A stretch of 64,000 nt of DNA from Acetatifactor sp. (GTDB lineage: Bacteria; Bacillota; Clostridia; Lachnospirales; Lachnospiraceae): the NCBI GenBank assembly GCA_045546495.1, contig JAZQCX010000093.1:10961-74960 (forward strand), in the 5' to 3' direction. The translations under genes and the position numbers were made by a program. Numbering within the stretch: position 1 is the stretch's first letter; each line of letters starts with the position of its first letter. The notes under the pieces were generated by a model, which was given only the letters and a program-made list of their open reading frames with translations, had not been told where the DNA came from and searched no databases. Shown one piece after another: positions 33,377 through 42,615 of the stretch.

Positions 33377-35164
33377 ATGGAGGCAACTTTGGCAGAGAGA
33401 GTGTGTATTCAAGTGGGGTGTCCTGCGGGCAGATTCGATTTGATGCTGATGCCGGCAGAGTGCAACAGTCAGATGTTTGAACTGTTGGGGACGAGAGTAA
33501 TTTCGCCCCTTTATAAGGTGTTGCATGAAGAGGATATTCCGCGCGTAGAGAAGGCGTTGGAGCGGTGCAAACAGGATCCGGAGAATGCGGTCGAGGAATA
33601 TGTCCGCGTTTCGGATGAAGAGGGTAATTATGACACTTATGTCATGAGCGTACTGCCGTGTCTGGACTGTAAGAATTTCTATATTAAGCTGAAAAATTTG
33701 GCATTGACCGAAAAACTGTTGAAGGAAGCGGAGAATGAGGCAGAGCTTCAGAGAACATTCCTTACGATTCTGGGCGGTCATTATTTCGTATATAAGCCTG
33801 AGACTGATATGTTCACCATGTTCTGGATGGATTATGAGCAGAAGGTTGAAGTGTTTTCCATGCCCCTTGCCGAGTGGGAAGAAAAGATGCTATCGGAGAA
33901 TCGGGTGACCGATAAGGACGCCGATGTCTTTAAAGTGTTCTGCAAGGCGGTGAAAAAAGCCAGCGGAGAGCAGGTTTATACTTTCAGAGGAAGTATTTTT
34001 GCACAAAAGAGTGAAAAGGAAGCCTACCGGGTAAAGTTCCAGCCCAGAAATCTTGTGGGGGAACCGACTGTAGTGGGTGTGCTGTCTATCATTAACGAGC
34101 AGACCGGTGAGGTGATGGAAGACTACACCAAGTGGATGAATCTGGATTCCCAGACAAAGACGTTGCATAAAAAGGCAATCAGCAGCTATGCGGAGATGGT
34201 TGTGGAGCAGGGGGAAGAGGTTTCCATTGTCATGGTGGACATCGACTACTTTAAGAGTATTAATGATACTTACGGTCATCCATTCGGCGACCAGGTCATC
34301 GTTGCGGTAGCGGATGTGATTAAGAAGGTAGTCGGCGATCACGGTGTTGCAGGACGTGTGGGTGGCGATGAGTTTATGGTGGTTTTGAGGGGTTGTAATG
34401 ATGAGCTTACCCTGAGAAACTTCCTGAGAGGTATCCGTACCAACGTGGAAAGCTTATTCCAGGAAAAGCTGGAGAACAACCGGATTTCCTGTTCCATCGG
34501 TGTTTCCAGAAGCGGCATTGATGCCGATAACTTTAAGGATTTGTATCATGTTGCGGATAAGGCGCTTTATATTGCAAAGCAAAAGGGTAAGAACCGTTAC
34601 GTTATTTATAAACCGGAAATGCACAGTAAATTCAACATCGCAGGAGATGAGCAGGACATGCAGGAGATTCTCAACAGCTTCTGCTCGGAGAAAAATCTGA
34701 GCCTGTGCAACAACTGTCTGACGGATTTGGTAATACACGGAACAGCGAAGCTTCCTGAGCTGTTGAAGCAGATTGCAGTCACCTTCGGTGTGGGAAAGGC
34801 GCTTGTGGTTTGGGGACAGCCCAGAGCCATCGTCAGTGCTTATATGCCCGGGTATGATGTGAATGCGTACAACCTGACGGCCTTTGACACACCGGAGTAT
34901 CAGGCGTTGTTTGAAGGAGACGTACTATTGCTCCGAAATACCAGCAGGATAGAATTTACGCTATCGGATGCTTATGCGGCGCTTCATGACAACGATGCGT
35001 TAAGCCTGTTGCAGTATCGGCTTCGCGATGCAGAGGGAAATGTGGCGGGAATTGTAACGCTGGAGGAGAAGGGGGCTATGCCCGAACTTTCGGAAGCGGT
35101 TCTCACACAGTTCAAACATATCTGTCAGGTACTGAACGCTGTTTTGTTGCGGGAGGAGCTGTAA
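33377..35164 (+). CDS. cytoplasmic GGDEF-domain protein with PAS-like N-terminal regions and an uncharacterised C-terminal domain of about 170 aa
   Basis: 595 aa. Motifs DIDYFKSINDTYGHPFGD and RVGGDEFMVVL. No EAL or HD-GYP domain and no RxxD I-site upstream of GGDEF. Confidence 0.8.
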   Translation: MEATLAERVCIQVGCPAGRFDLMLMPAECNSQMFELLGTRVISPLYKVLHEEDIPRVEKALERCKQDPENAVEEYVRVSDEEGNYDTYVMSVLPCLDCKNFYIKLKNLALTEKLLKEAENEAELQRTFLTILGGHYFVYKPETDMFTMFWMDYEQKVEVFSMPLAEWEEKMLSENRVTDKDADVFKVFCKAVKKASGEQVYTFRGSIFAQKSEKEAYRVKFQPRNLVGEPTVVGVLSIINEQTGEVMEDYTKWMNLDSQTKTLHKKAISSYAEMVVEQGEEVSIVMVDIDYFKSINDTYGHPFGDQVIVAVADVIKKVVGDHGVAGRVGGDEFMVVLRGCNDELTLRNFLRGIRTNVESLFQEKLENNRISCSIGVSRSGIDADNFKDLYHVADKALYIAKQKGKNRYVIYKPEMHSKFNIAGDEQDMQEILNSFCSEKNLSLCNNCLTDLVIHGTAKLPELLKQIAVTFGVGKALVVWGQPRAIVSAYMPGYDVNAYNLTAFDTPEYQALFEGDVLLLRNTSRIEFTLSDAYAALHDNDALSLLQYRLRDAEGNVAGIVTLEEKGAMPELSEAVLTQFKHICQVLNAVLLREEL

Positions 35165-35202
35165 GAAGGAGCTTCGACCGGCAGTGCGTAGGCAATAAAA
35201 AC

Positions 35203-35231
35203 TTGACAATAAAAGCCTTGTAGACTATAAT
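35203..35231 (+). promoter_or_regulatory. consensus sigma-A promoter (TTGACA-17-TATAAT) of the ileS leader
   Basis: -35 at 35203-35208 and -10 at 35226-35231 with a 17-nt spacer. Both hexamers are perfect. Confidence 0.8.
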
Positions 35232-35261
35232 GGCTTAAAATCTACAGGAAAATGCAATGAC

Positions 35262-35516
35262 GAAGAGAGTAGTTGTCTTAGGAACGTGTCAGCGAGCCGG
35301 TGAGGGTGTGAGACCGGTACAAGTAGGGAGACAATGAAAATCACTTCCGAGCAGTCAGGACAAAAGGAAAGCGGAGCTTGCCCGGTAGCCCTGAACGGCA
35401 TTCCCCCGTTACGGGAAGTCATATAACTCCGGTGCAAGGCAGCGGAACGTATGAGTGTAACAGGTGGTAAACGCAAGGTAATCAGACCTCGTCCTTTTAC
35501 AGGACGGGGTTTTTTG
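35262..35516 (+). promoter_or_regulatory. T-box leader, Ile specifier (AUC), with terminator/antiterminator
   Basis: Stem I AGAGAG start at about 35265. Specifier-loop GAAAAUCA with AUC at 35340-35342 followed by a purine. T-box-like GGUGGUAAACGC at about 35463-35474, where UGGU pairs with the tRNA ACCA end. Terminator cctcgtcc/ggacgggg (35487-35509) plus a T6 run. Confidence 0.8.
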
Positions 35517-35606
35517 ATTCCGCGAGGGAATTCTATGAAGTCAGAATGACTTCGGATGACACATAAGCGGATGCTTTAATGCAGGAAAGGAAGAAAGGAA
35601 AAGAGC

Positions 35607-38600
35607 ATGTACAAGCAGGTATCAAAGGATTTGAATTTCGTGGAACGCGAAAAACAGGTTGAAAAATTCTGGAACGACAACGATATTTTCAGGAAAAGTA
35701 TGGAGCAGCGCAAGCAGGGCGAGACCTATACCTTTTATGACGGACCGCCTACCGCAAACGGTAAGCCCCATATCGGTCATGTGGAGACAAGAACCATTAA
35801 GGATATGATCCCCAGATACCGCACCATGAAGGGGTATATGGTTCCCCGTAAGGCAGGCTGGGATACCCACGGACTGCCTGTAGAGCTGGAAGTGGAGAAG
35901 ATGCTGGGACTGGACGGTAAGGAGCAGATTGAAGAGTACGGTCTTGATCCCTTTATTACAAAATGTAAGGAAAGTGTTTGGAAATATAAGGGAATGTGGG
36001 AGGATTTCTCCGGTACGGTCGGCTTCTGGGCAGACATGGATGACCCTTATGTAACCTATGACGATAATTTCATCGAGTCCGAGTGGTGGGCGTTAAAGAC
36101 CATCTGGGACAAGGGACTTTTGTACAAGGGCTTTAAGATTGTACCCTACTGTCCCCGTTGCGGAACTCCTCTGTCTAGCCATGAGGTTGCTCAGGGCTAT
36201 AAGGATGTAAAGGAACGCTCTGCGGTGGCACGCTTTAAGGTGGCAGGGGAGGATGCTTATATTCTTGCATGGACAACAACCCCCTGGACATTGCCCTCCA
36301 ACGTTGCACTGTGTGTAAATCCTGAGGAAAAGTATGCGAAGGTAAAGGCGGCAGACGGCTATACCTATTATATGGCGGAAGCATTACTGGATACGGTGTT
36401 GGGTAAGCTTGCGGATAAGGAAAACGGCATTGCAGCTTATGAGGTGCTGGAAACCTGTACCGGTAAGGATTTGGAATACAAGGAATACGAGCCCTTGTTT
36501 GATTGGGCGAACGAGACCTGCGAAAAGCAGCACAAGAAGGCGTTCTATGTAACCTGCGATACCTATGTTACCCTGACTGACGGTACCGGTGTGGTTCATA
36601 TTGCACCCGCCTTCGGTGAAGATGATGCAAATGTGGGACGCAAGTATGACCTGCCCTTTGTTCAGTTTGTGGACGGCAAGGGTGAAATGACGAAGGAAAC
36701 CGCCTACGAGGGCGTATTCTGCAAGAAGGCAGACCCGATGGTACTCACTGATTTGGAGAAAAAGGGACTGCTGTTTGATGCACCTAAATTTGAACATAGC
36801 TATCCTCACTGCTGGAGATGTGATACTCCCTTGATTTACTACGCTCGTGAGAGCTGGTTTATTAAGATGACCGCGGTGAAAGAGGACTTGATTCGCAATA
36901 ACAACACCATCAACTGGATTCCTGAGAGCATTGGTAAGGGGCGCTTCGGTGACTGGCTGGAGAATATTCAGGACTGGGGTATTTCCCGTAACCGTTACTG
37001 GGGAACTCCCTTAAATATCTGGGAATGTGAGTGCGGACATCTGCATTCTGTCGGAAGCCGTGAGGAGTTGTATAAGATGAGCGGCGACGAGAAGGCGAAG
37101 ACTGTAGAATTCCATCGTCCTTATATCGATGAAATCACTATCGTCTGCCCTGAGTGCGGTAAGCGCATGAACCGTGTGCCTGAGGTAATTGACTGCTGGT
37201 TTGATTCCGGTGCAATGCCCTTCGCACAGCATCATTATCCTTTTGAGAATAAAGAACTGTTCGAGAGTCAGTTCCCGGCGCAGTTTATTTCCGAGGCGGT
37301 AGACCAGACGAGAGGCTGGTTCTATTCCCTGTTGGCAGAGTCCACTCTGCTTTTCAACAAGGCACCCTACGAGAACGTTATCGTTCTGGGACATGTACAG
37401 GATGAGAACGGCCAGAAGATGAGTAAGAGTAAGGGTAACGCGGTAGACCCCTTCGATGCGTTGGAAGAGTACGGTGCAGATGCCATCAGATGGTATTTCT
37501 ATACAAGCTCCGCACCCTGGTTGCCCAAGCGCTTCTCCGGTAAGGCGGTAATGGAGGGACAGAGCAAGTTTATGAGCAAGCTCTGGAATACCTATTCCTT
37601 CTTTGTTCTGTATGCAAACATTGACGATTTCGATGCAACAAAGTATACATTGGAATACGATAAGCTGCCCGTTATGGATAAGTGGCTGCTGTCACGCTTG
37701 AATACGGTAGTGGGTGAGGTAGATGCGAATCTGGAGAAGTACAGAATCCCCGAGGCAGGTAAGGCACTGCGTGATTTCGTAGAGGAGATGAGTAACTGGT
37801 ATGTCAGAAGAAGCCGTGAGCGCTTCTGGGCAAAGGGCATGGAGCAGGATAAGATTAACGCTTACATGACGCTGTATACCGCGCTGGTAACCATCAGCAA
37901 GGCATCCGCACCCATGATTCCCTTTATGACCGAGGATATCTATCAGAATCTGGTGAGAAGCATTGATGCAAACGCACCGGAAAGTATTCACCTGTGTGAC
38001 TACCCTGTGGTAGAGCAGGCATATATTGATAAAGAGCTGGAAGCAAATATGGAAGAGGTTCTGGCAGTGGTGGAGATGGGACGTGCGTGCCGTGAGGATG
38101 CTGCTATTAAGAACCGTCAGCCCATCAGCCGTATGTACATCAAGGCGGAGGCGACTCTGGATGAGTTTTACACCAACATCATCAAGGAGGAGCTGAACGC
38201 TAAGGAAGTTGTTTTCGCGGAGGATGTAAGAGAATTTACTTCCTACACCTTTAAGCCTCAGCTTCGTACAGTAGGACCTAAGTACGGTAAGCAGCTGGGC
38301 GGCATCCAGAAGACACTTGCCTCCCTTGACGGAAGTGCAGCTATGGATGAGCTGAATACTACCGGTGTACTTTCTTTTGATGTGGACGGTGTAAAGGTAG
38401 AGCTGACTAAGGATGATTTGCTTATCAGCATGGTGCAGAAGGACGGTTATGTATCTCAGGAAAACAACAAGATGACGGTGGTACTGGATACCAACCTGAC
38501 CGAAGAGTTGATTGAGGAAGGCTTCGTATATGAAATCATCAGTAAGATTCAGACCATGCGTAAGGAAGCTGATTTTGAGGTGATGGATCATATCCGTGTG

Positions 38601-38765
38601 TCCTTAAACGGAAATGCGAAACTGGCAGATATTGCGCAGCGCAACAAGGAAGCTATCGCCGATAAGGTTCTGGCAGAGGAGCTGACTGCTGAGAAGAGCT
38701 TTGCCGTAACAAAGGAATGGAACGTAAACGGCGAGACTGTAGTAATTGCGGTGGAGAAGGTATAA
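35607..38765 (+). CDS. ileS: isoleucine--tRNA ligase (long, type-2-like)
   Basis: 1052 aa. HIGH motif PHIGHV, KMSKS motif KMSKSKGN, and a CP1 editing domain. The C-terminus has no Cys4 zinc module. Confidence 0.95.
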   Translation: MYKQVSKDLNFVEREKQVEKFWNDNDIFRKSMEQRKQGETYTFYDGPPTANGKPHIGHVETRTIKDMIPRYRTMKGYMVPRKAGWDTHGLPVELEVEKMLGLDGKEQIEEYGLDPFITKCKESVWKYKGMWEDFSGTVGFWADMDDPYVTYDDNFIESEWWALKTIWDKGLLYKGFKIVPYCPRCGTPLSSHEVAQGYKDVKERSAVARFKVAGEDAYILAWTTTPWTLPSNVALCVNPEEKYAKVKAADGYTYYMAEALLDTVLGKLADKENGIAAYEVLETCTGKDLEYKEYEPLFDWANETCEKQHKKAFYVTCDTYVTLTDGTGVVHIAPAFGEDDANVGRKYDLPFVQFVDGKGEMTKETAYEGVFCKKADPMVLTDLEKKGLLFDAPKFEHSYPHCWRCDTPLIYYARESWFIKMTAVKEDLIRNNNTINWIPESIGKGRFGDWLENIQDWGISRNRYWGTPLNIWECECGHLHSVGSREELYKMSGDEKAKTVEFHRPYIDEITIVCPECGKRMNRVPEVIDCWFDSGAMPFAQHHYPFENKELFESQFPAQFISEAVDQTRGWFYSLLAESTLLFNKAPYENVIVLGHVQDENGQKMSKSKGNAVDPFDALEEYGADAIRWYFYTSSAPWLPKRFSGKAVMEGQSKFMSKLWNTYSFFVLYANIDDFDATKYTLEYDKLPVMDKWLLSRLNTVVGEVDANLEKYRIPEAGKALRDFVEEMSNWYVRRSRERFWAKGMEQDKINAYMTLYTALVTISKASAPMIPFMTEDIYQNLVRSIDANAPESIHLCDYPVVEQAYIDKELEANMEEVLAVVEMGRACREDAAIKNRQPISRMYIKAEATLDEFYTNIIKEELNAKEVVFAEDVREFTSYTFKPQLRTVGPKYGKQLGGIQKTLASLDGSAAMDELNTTGVLSFDVDGVKVELTKDDLLISMVQKDGYVSQENNKMTVVLDTNLTEELIEEGFVYEIISKIQTMRKEADFEVMDHIRVSLNGNAKLADIAQRNKEAIADKVLAEELTAEKSFAVTKEWNVNGETVVIAVEKV

Positions 38766-38854
38766 CTGTGAAGCTTTGGGGTGAAGCACAACAGTGTGAT
38801 GTAATAATGTATTGGTAATTGATAACCCAAAGAAAGGTGTAACAAAGGTAACAT

Positions 38855-41317
38855 ATGAATCACAATTTTGACAAGGAACTGTTTAAGAGAAGCGTGCATT
38901 ACAATGTGCGGACGCTGTATCGTAAGACATTGGAGGAGGCAACTCCCCAGCAGATATTCCAAGCAATTTCCTATGCCATTAAGGATCAGATTGTAGAGAA
39001 CTGGATGGATACCCAGAAAGCGTATGAAAAGCAGGATTTGAAGACTGTATACTATATGTCCATGGAATTTTTGATGGGACGTGCGCTGGGTAATAACATG
39101 ATTAACCTGCAGGCCTATGATACCGTGAAGGAGGCTCTTTTGGAGCTGGGACTGGATTTAAATGTAGTGGAGGACCAGGAGCCGGATGCGGCACTGGGAA
39201 ACGGCGGTCTGGGTCGTCTGGCAGCCTGCTTTTTGGATTCCCTGGCTACGCTGGGCTATCCCGCATACGGCTGTGGCATCCGTTATCGCTACGGTATGTT
39301 TAAGCAGCAGATTCGTAACGGCTATCAGGTGGAGGTGCCGGATAACTGGCTGGAGAACGGTAATCCCTTTGAACTGCGCAGACCGGAGTATGCGAAGATT
39401 GTAAAGTTCGGCGGACGGATTGCTACCGTACCGAATGAGAACGGGAAAAATCAGTTTATTCAGGAGGATTATCAGGCGGTTAAGGCAGTTCCCTTCGACG
39501 TTCCCGTGGTAGGTTACGGAAACGGTGTGGTAAATACCCTGCGTATCTGGGATGCGGAGCCGGTTGAGGGCTTCCAGCTGGATTCCTTTGATAAGGGTGA
39601 CTATCGTAAGGCGGTAGAGCAGGAGAATCTGGCACGGAATATTGTAGAGGTGCTTTATCCCAATGATAACCATTATGCAGGTAAGGAGCTTCGTTTAAAG
39701 CAGCAGTATTTCTTTATCTCCGCATCCGTACAGGAGGCTGTGGCGAAGTACATGAGAAAGCATGACGACATCCGTAAATTCCCGGAGAAGGTCTGCTTCC
39801 AGCTGAACGATACCCATCCTACCGTAGCTATCCCCGAGCTGATGCGTATTCTGCTGGATGAGTACAATCTGGAGTGGGATGAGGCGTGGGATATTACCAT
39901 CAGAACCTGCGCATATACCAATCATACCATTATGTCTGAGGCATTGGAGAAGTGGCCTATCGATTTGTTTTCCCGCCTGCTTCCCAGAATCTACCAGATT
40001 GTGGAGGAGATCAACCGCCGCTTTGTACAGGAAATTGAGGATAAGTACAGAGATGATTTCGGCGTAGATGTAGGTGAGAAGGTTCGCAAGATGGCGATTC
40101 TGTATGACGGCCAGGTGAAGATGGCGCATATGGCAATCGTAGCGGGTTATTCCGTAAACGGAGTTGCCAGACTGCATACGGAGATTTTGAAAAATCAGGA
40201 GCTGAAGGACTTTTATGAGCTCTATCCCGAGCGTTTTAACAATAAGACAAACGGTATTACCCAGAGACGTTTCCTGTTGCACGGAAATCCTCTGTTGGCA
40301 AACTGGGTAACCTCGAAAATCGGTAACGGCTGGATTACCGACCTGTCCCAGATTGCCGGTCTCAAGGAGCTGGCAGGAGATGAGACGGAGCAGAACGAAT
40401 TCAGAAGCATTAAGCGGAAGAATAAGGAGCGTCTGGCAAAGTATATTCTGGAGCACAACGGTGTGGAGGTGGATCCCGATTCCATCTTTGATGTACAGGT
40501 AAAGAGACTGCATGAGTATAAGCGACAGCTGTTAAATATTCTGCATGTGATGCATTTGTACAATGAACTGAAAACAAACCCTCAGATGGAGTTTTATCCC
40601 AGAACCTTTATTTTCGGAGCAAAGGCGGCAGCAGGCTACCATAACGCGAAGCTGACCATTAAGCTGATTAACTCCGTAGCGGATGTGGTCAACAATGACG
40701 CTTCCATTCAGGGTAAGCTGAAAGTGGTATTTATTGAGAACTATAACGTGTCCAACGCAGAGATTATCTTTGCGGCTGCGGATGTATCCGAGCAGATTTC
40801 CACCGCCAGCAAAGAGGCTTCCGGTACCGGTAACATGAAGTTTATGATTAACGGTGCACTGACCCTTGGAACCATGGATGGCGCAAATGTGGAAATCGTA
40901 GAGGAGGTAGGAAAGGAGAATGCCTTTATTTTCGGACTTTCTTCCGAAGAGGTTATAAACTTTGAGCGTAACGGCGGCTACTATCCCGGAGATGTTTATA
41001 ACAGCGATGCAGACGTGCGGAGAGTGGTAGAGCAGCTGATTGACGGAAGTTTTTCCGAGGACAGAGAGCTGTTCCGCCCGCTGTATAACTCTCTTTTGAA
41101 TACCTTCAGTACTGCAAAGGCAGATACTTACTTTATCCTGAAGGATTTCCGTTCCTATGCGGAGGCACAGAAAAAGGTGGAGGCTGCATACAGAGACGAG
41201 AAGAGCTGGGCAAAGAGTGCAATCCTGAATGTGGCATGCTCCGGTAAGTTTACTTCCGACAGAACGATCCAGCAGTACGTGGACGAAATCTGGAAGCTGG
41301 AAAAGGTTGTACTGTAA
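38855..41317 (+). CDS. glgP: glycogen/maltodextrin phosphorylase
   Basis: 820 aa. PLP-site signature EASGTGNMKFMINGA and overall GT35 pattern. Confidence 0.93.
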   Translation: MNHNFDKELFKRSVHYNVRTLYRKTLEEATPQQIFQAISYAIKDQIVENWMDTQKAYEKQDLKTVYYMSMEFLMGRALGNNMINLQAYDTVKEALLELGLDLNVVEDQEPDAALGNGGLGRLAACFLDSLATLGYPAYGCGIRYRYGMFKQQIRNGYQVEVPDNWLENGNPFELRRPEYAKIVKFGGRIATVPNENGKNQFIQEDYQAVKAVPFDVPVVGYGNGVVNTLRIWDAEPVEGFQLDSFDKGDYRKAVEQENLARNIVEVLYPNDNHYAGKELRLKQQYFFISASVQEAVAKYMRKHDDIRKFPEKVCFQLNDTHPTVAIPELMRILLDEYNLEWDEAWDITIRTCAYTNHTIMSEALEKWPIDLFSRLLPRIYQIVEEINRRFVQEIEDKYRDDFGVDVGEKVRKMAILYDGQVKMAHMAIVAGYSVNGVARLHTEILKNQELKDFYELYPERFNNKTNGITQRRFLLHGNPLLANWVTSKIGNGWITDLSQIAGLKELAGDETEQNEFRSIKRKNKERLAKYILEHNGVEVDPDSIFDVQVKRLHEYKRQLLNILHVMHLYNELKTNPQMEFYPRTFIFGAKAAAGYHNAKLTIKLINSVADVVNNDASIQGKLKVVFIENYNVSNAEIIFAAADVSEQISTASKEASGTGNMKFMINGALTLGTMDGANVEIVEEVGKENAFIFGLSSEEVINFERNGGYYPGDVYNSDADVRRVVEQLIDGSFSEDRELFRPLYNSLLNTFSTAKADTYFILKDFRSYAEAQKKVEAAYRDEKSWAKSAILNVACSGKFTSDRTIQQYVDEIWKLEKVVL

Positions 41318-41341
41318 TCTTTAAATATGAATGTGGTAAAA

Positions 41342-41378
41342 GCATCCTTGCCTTTGGCAGCAAGGGTGCTTTTGCTTT
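41342..41378 (+). terminator. Rho-independent terminator of glgP
   Basis: gcatccttgc / gcaagggtgc 10-bp stem (one G-U), 8-nt loop, then ttttgcttt. Confidence 0.7.
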
Positions 41379-41517
41379 ATGGAAAACAAAGCAGATGCAG
41401 ATGTCGCAAATGCGATGCTTTGGCGGCGCGAGAGTCTGCAAGCGGACTCTTTTGCTTGAAGTAAACGCGGTAACAGGGTATAGTGATAAGGGAAGGAATG
41501 AAACCCGACGGGAGAGA

Positions 41518-42468
41518 ATGAAAATGAGGAAAATAACAGGTTGGCTGGCATGCTGGGGACTGGTGTGTGCAGGTCTGCTGGCAGGGTGTGCGGACAGAGA
41601 AGAGCCTAGGCAGATAAAGGAAAGTGATGTAATCAAAGAATCTCTGGTGGTGGAGGGATTAGAGGGAGAATATGAGCTGTTGTTTCTGACGGACACCCAT
41701 ATGGTGCTGAATTCGGAAGAGGATTCGGAACAAATCAAGGAAAATGCAGATGTCCGTAAGCCGCAATTTGCGGATGAGAACGGATGGTTTTCGGCAGAAC
41801 AGTTTCCGGCGTGGATGGAGTATGCCGGGGAAAAACAGGTAGACGGCGTGTTGTTCGGCGGTGATATGATTGATTTCCCCTCGGATACGGCGGTGACGTA
41901 CTTAAAAGAGAATGTAGATACGTTAGATATGCCCTATTTGTATACGATGGGCAACCATGATTGGACGTATCCATGGGAGTATATGACGGAAACGGCAAGG
42001 ACGGAATATGTGCCGCTGTTGGAGCCTATGATGCAGGGAGATGCAGAGCTTCACCGGATGGATATCGGAGAATTGACCTGCGTGGCAATGGATAACAGTA
42101 TGGACGTTATCAGCCGGGAAACTTTGGAGAAATTTGAGGAGATTATGGCGGAAGGCAGGCCCACGATTGTGGTTGTGCATGTACCCTTTGCCACGGATTC
42201 CGTACTGACAAAAGCAAAAGAGGTGTGGTCTTCTCCGGTAGTAATCGGGGCAGAGAATTTTGGCGGAATTTATCCGGGGGAAGAATTGAACGCTTTTCTG
42301 GAACTGATAACAAGGGAGGACAGTCCTGTGGTAGCGGTTCTGGCGGGACATGTACACTTTTATGACAAGGATTATATAAGCGGTGAGAAGCCGGTGCTCC
42401 AGCTTGTGGGGGATGCAGGCTTTCGGCGACGGGGTATGTTGCTCCATATTTCCGGGGAGGCACCGTAA
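41518..42468 (+). CDS. calcineurin-like metallophosphoesterase lipoprotein
   Basis: Start at MKMRKITGW... with lipobox LLAGC. Motifs LFLTDTHM, GGDMIDF, GNHD and GHVH. The track ORF start at 41395 is an extension. Confidence 0.75.
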   Translation: MKMRKITGWLACWGLVCAGLLAGCADREEPRQIKESDVIKESLVVEGLEGEYELLFLTDTHMVLNSEEDSEQIKENADVRKPQFADENGWFSAEQFPAWMEYAGEKQVDGVLFGGDMIDFPSDTAVTYLKENVDTLDMPYLYTMGNHDWTYPWEYMTETARTEYVPLLEPMMQGDAELHRMDIGELTCVAMDNSMDVISRETLEKFEEIMAEGRPTIVVVHVPFATDSVLTKAKEVWSSPVVIGAENFGGIYPGEELNAFLELITREDSPVVAVLAGHVHFYDKDYISGEKPVLQLVGDAGFRRRGMLLHISGEAP

Positions 42469-42528
42469 TGAGGGGGCGGGGAAACGCCCGAAAGGAAACT
42501 GCGCAGGTACGCAGATAGCAATTAAACA

Positions 42529-42557
42529 TTGCATAAACGTTTGGATTCCTTTATAAT
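42529..42557 (+). promoter_or_regulatory. candidate sigma-A promoter (TTGCAT-17-TATAAT) of the aconitase gene
   Basis: -35 at 42529-42534 and -10 at 42552-42557, 59 nt upstream of the ATG at 42616. Confidence 0.5.
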
Positions 42558-42615
42558 GAATAGTTAGTCGGGCAAATGAAACGGACGAGCCTGCTTGATT
42601 GCGAGGAGGAAAATC

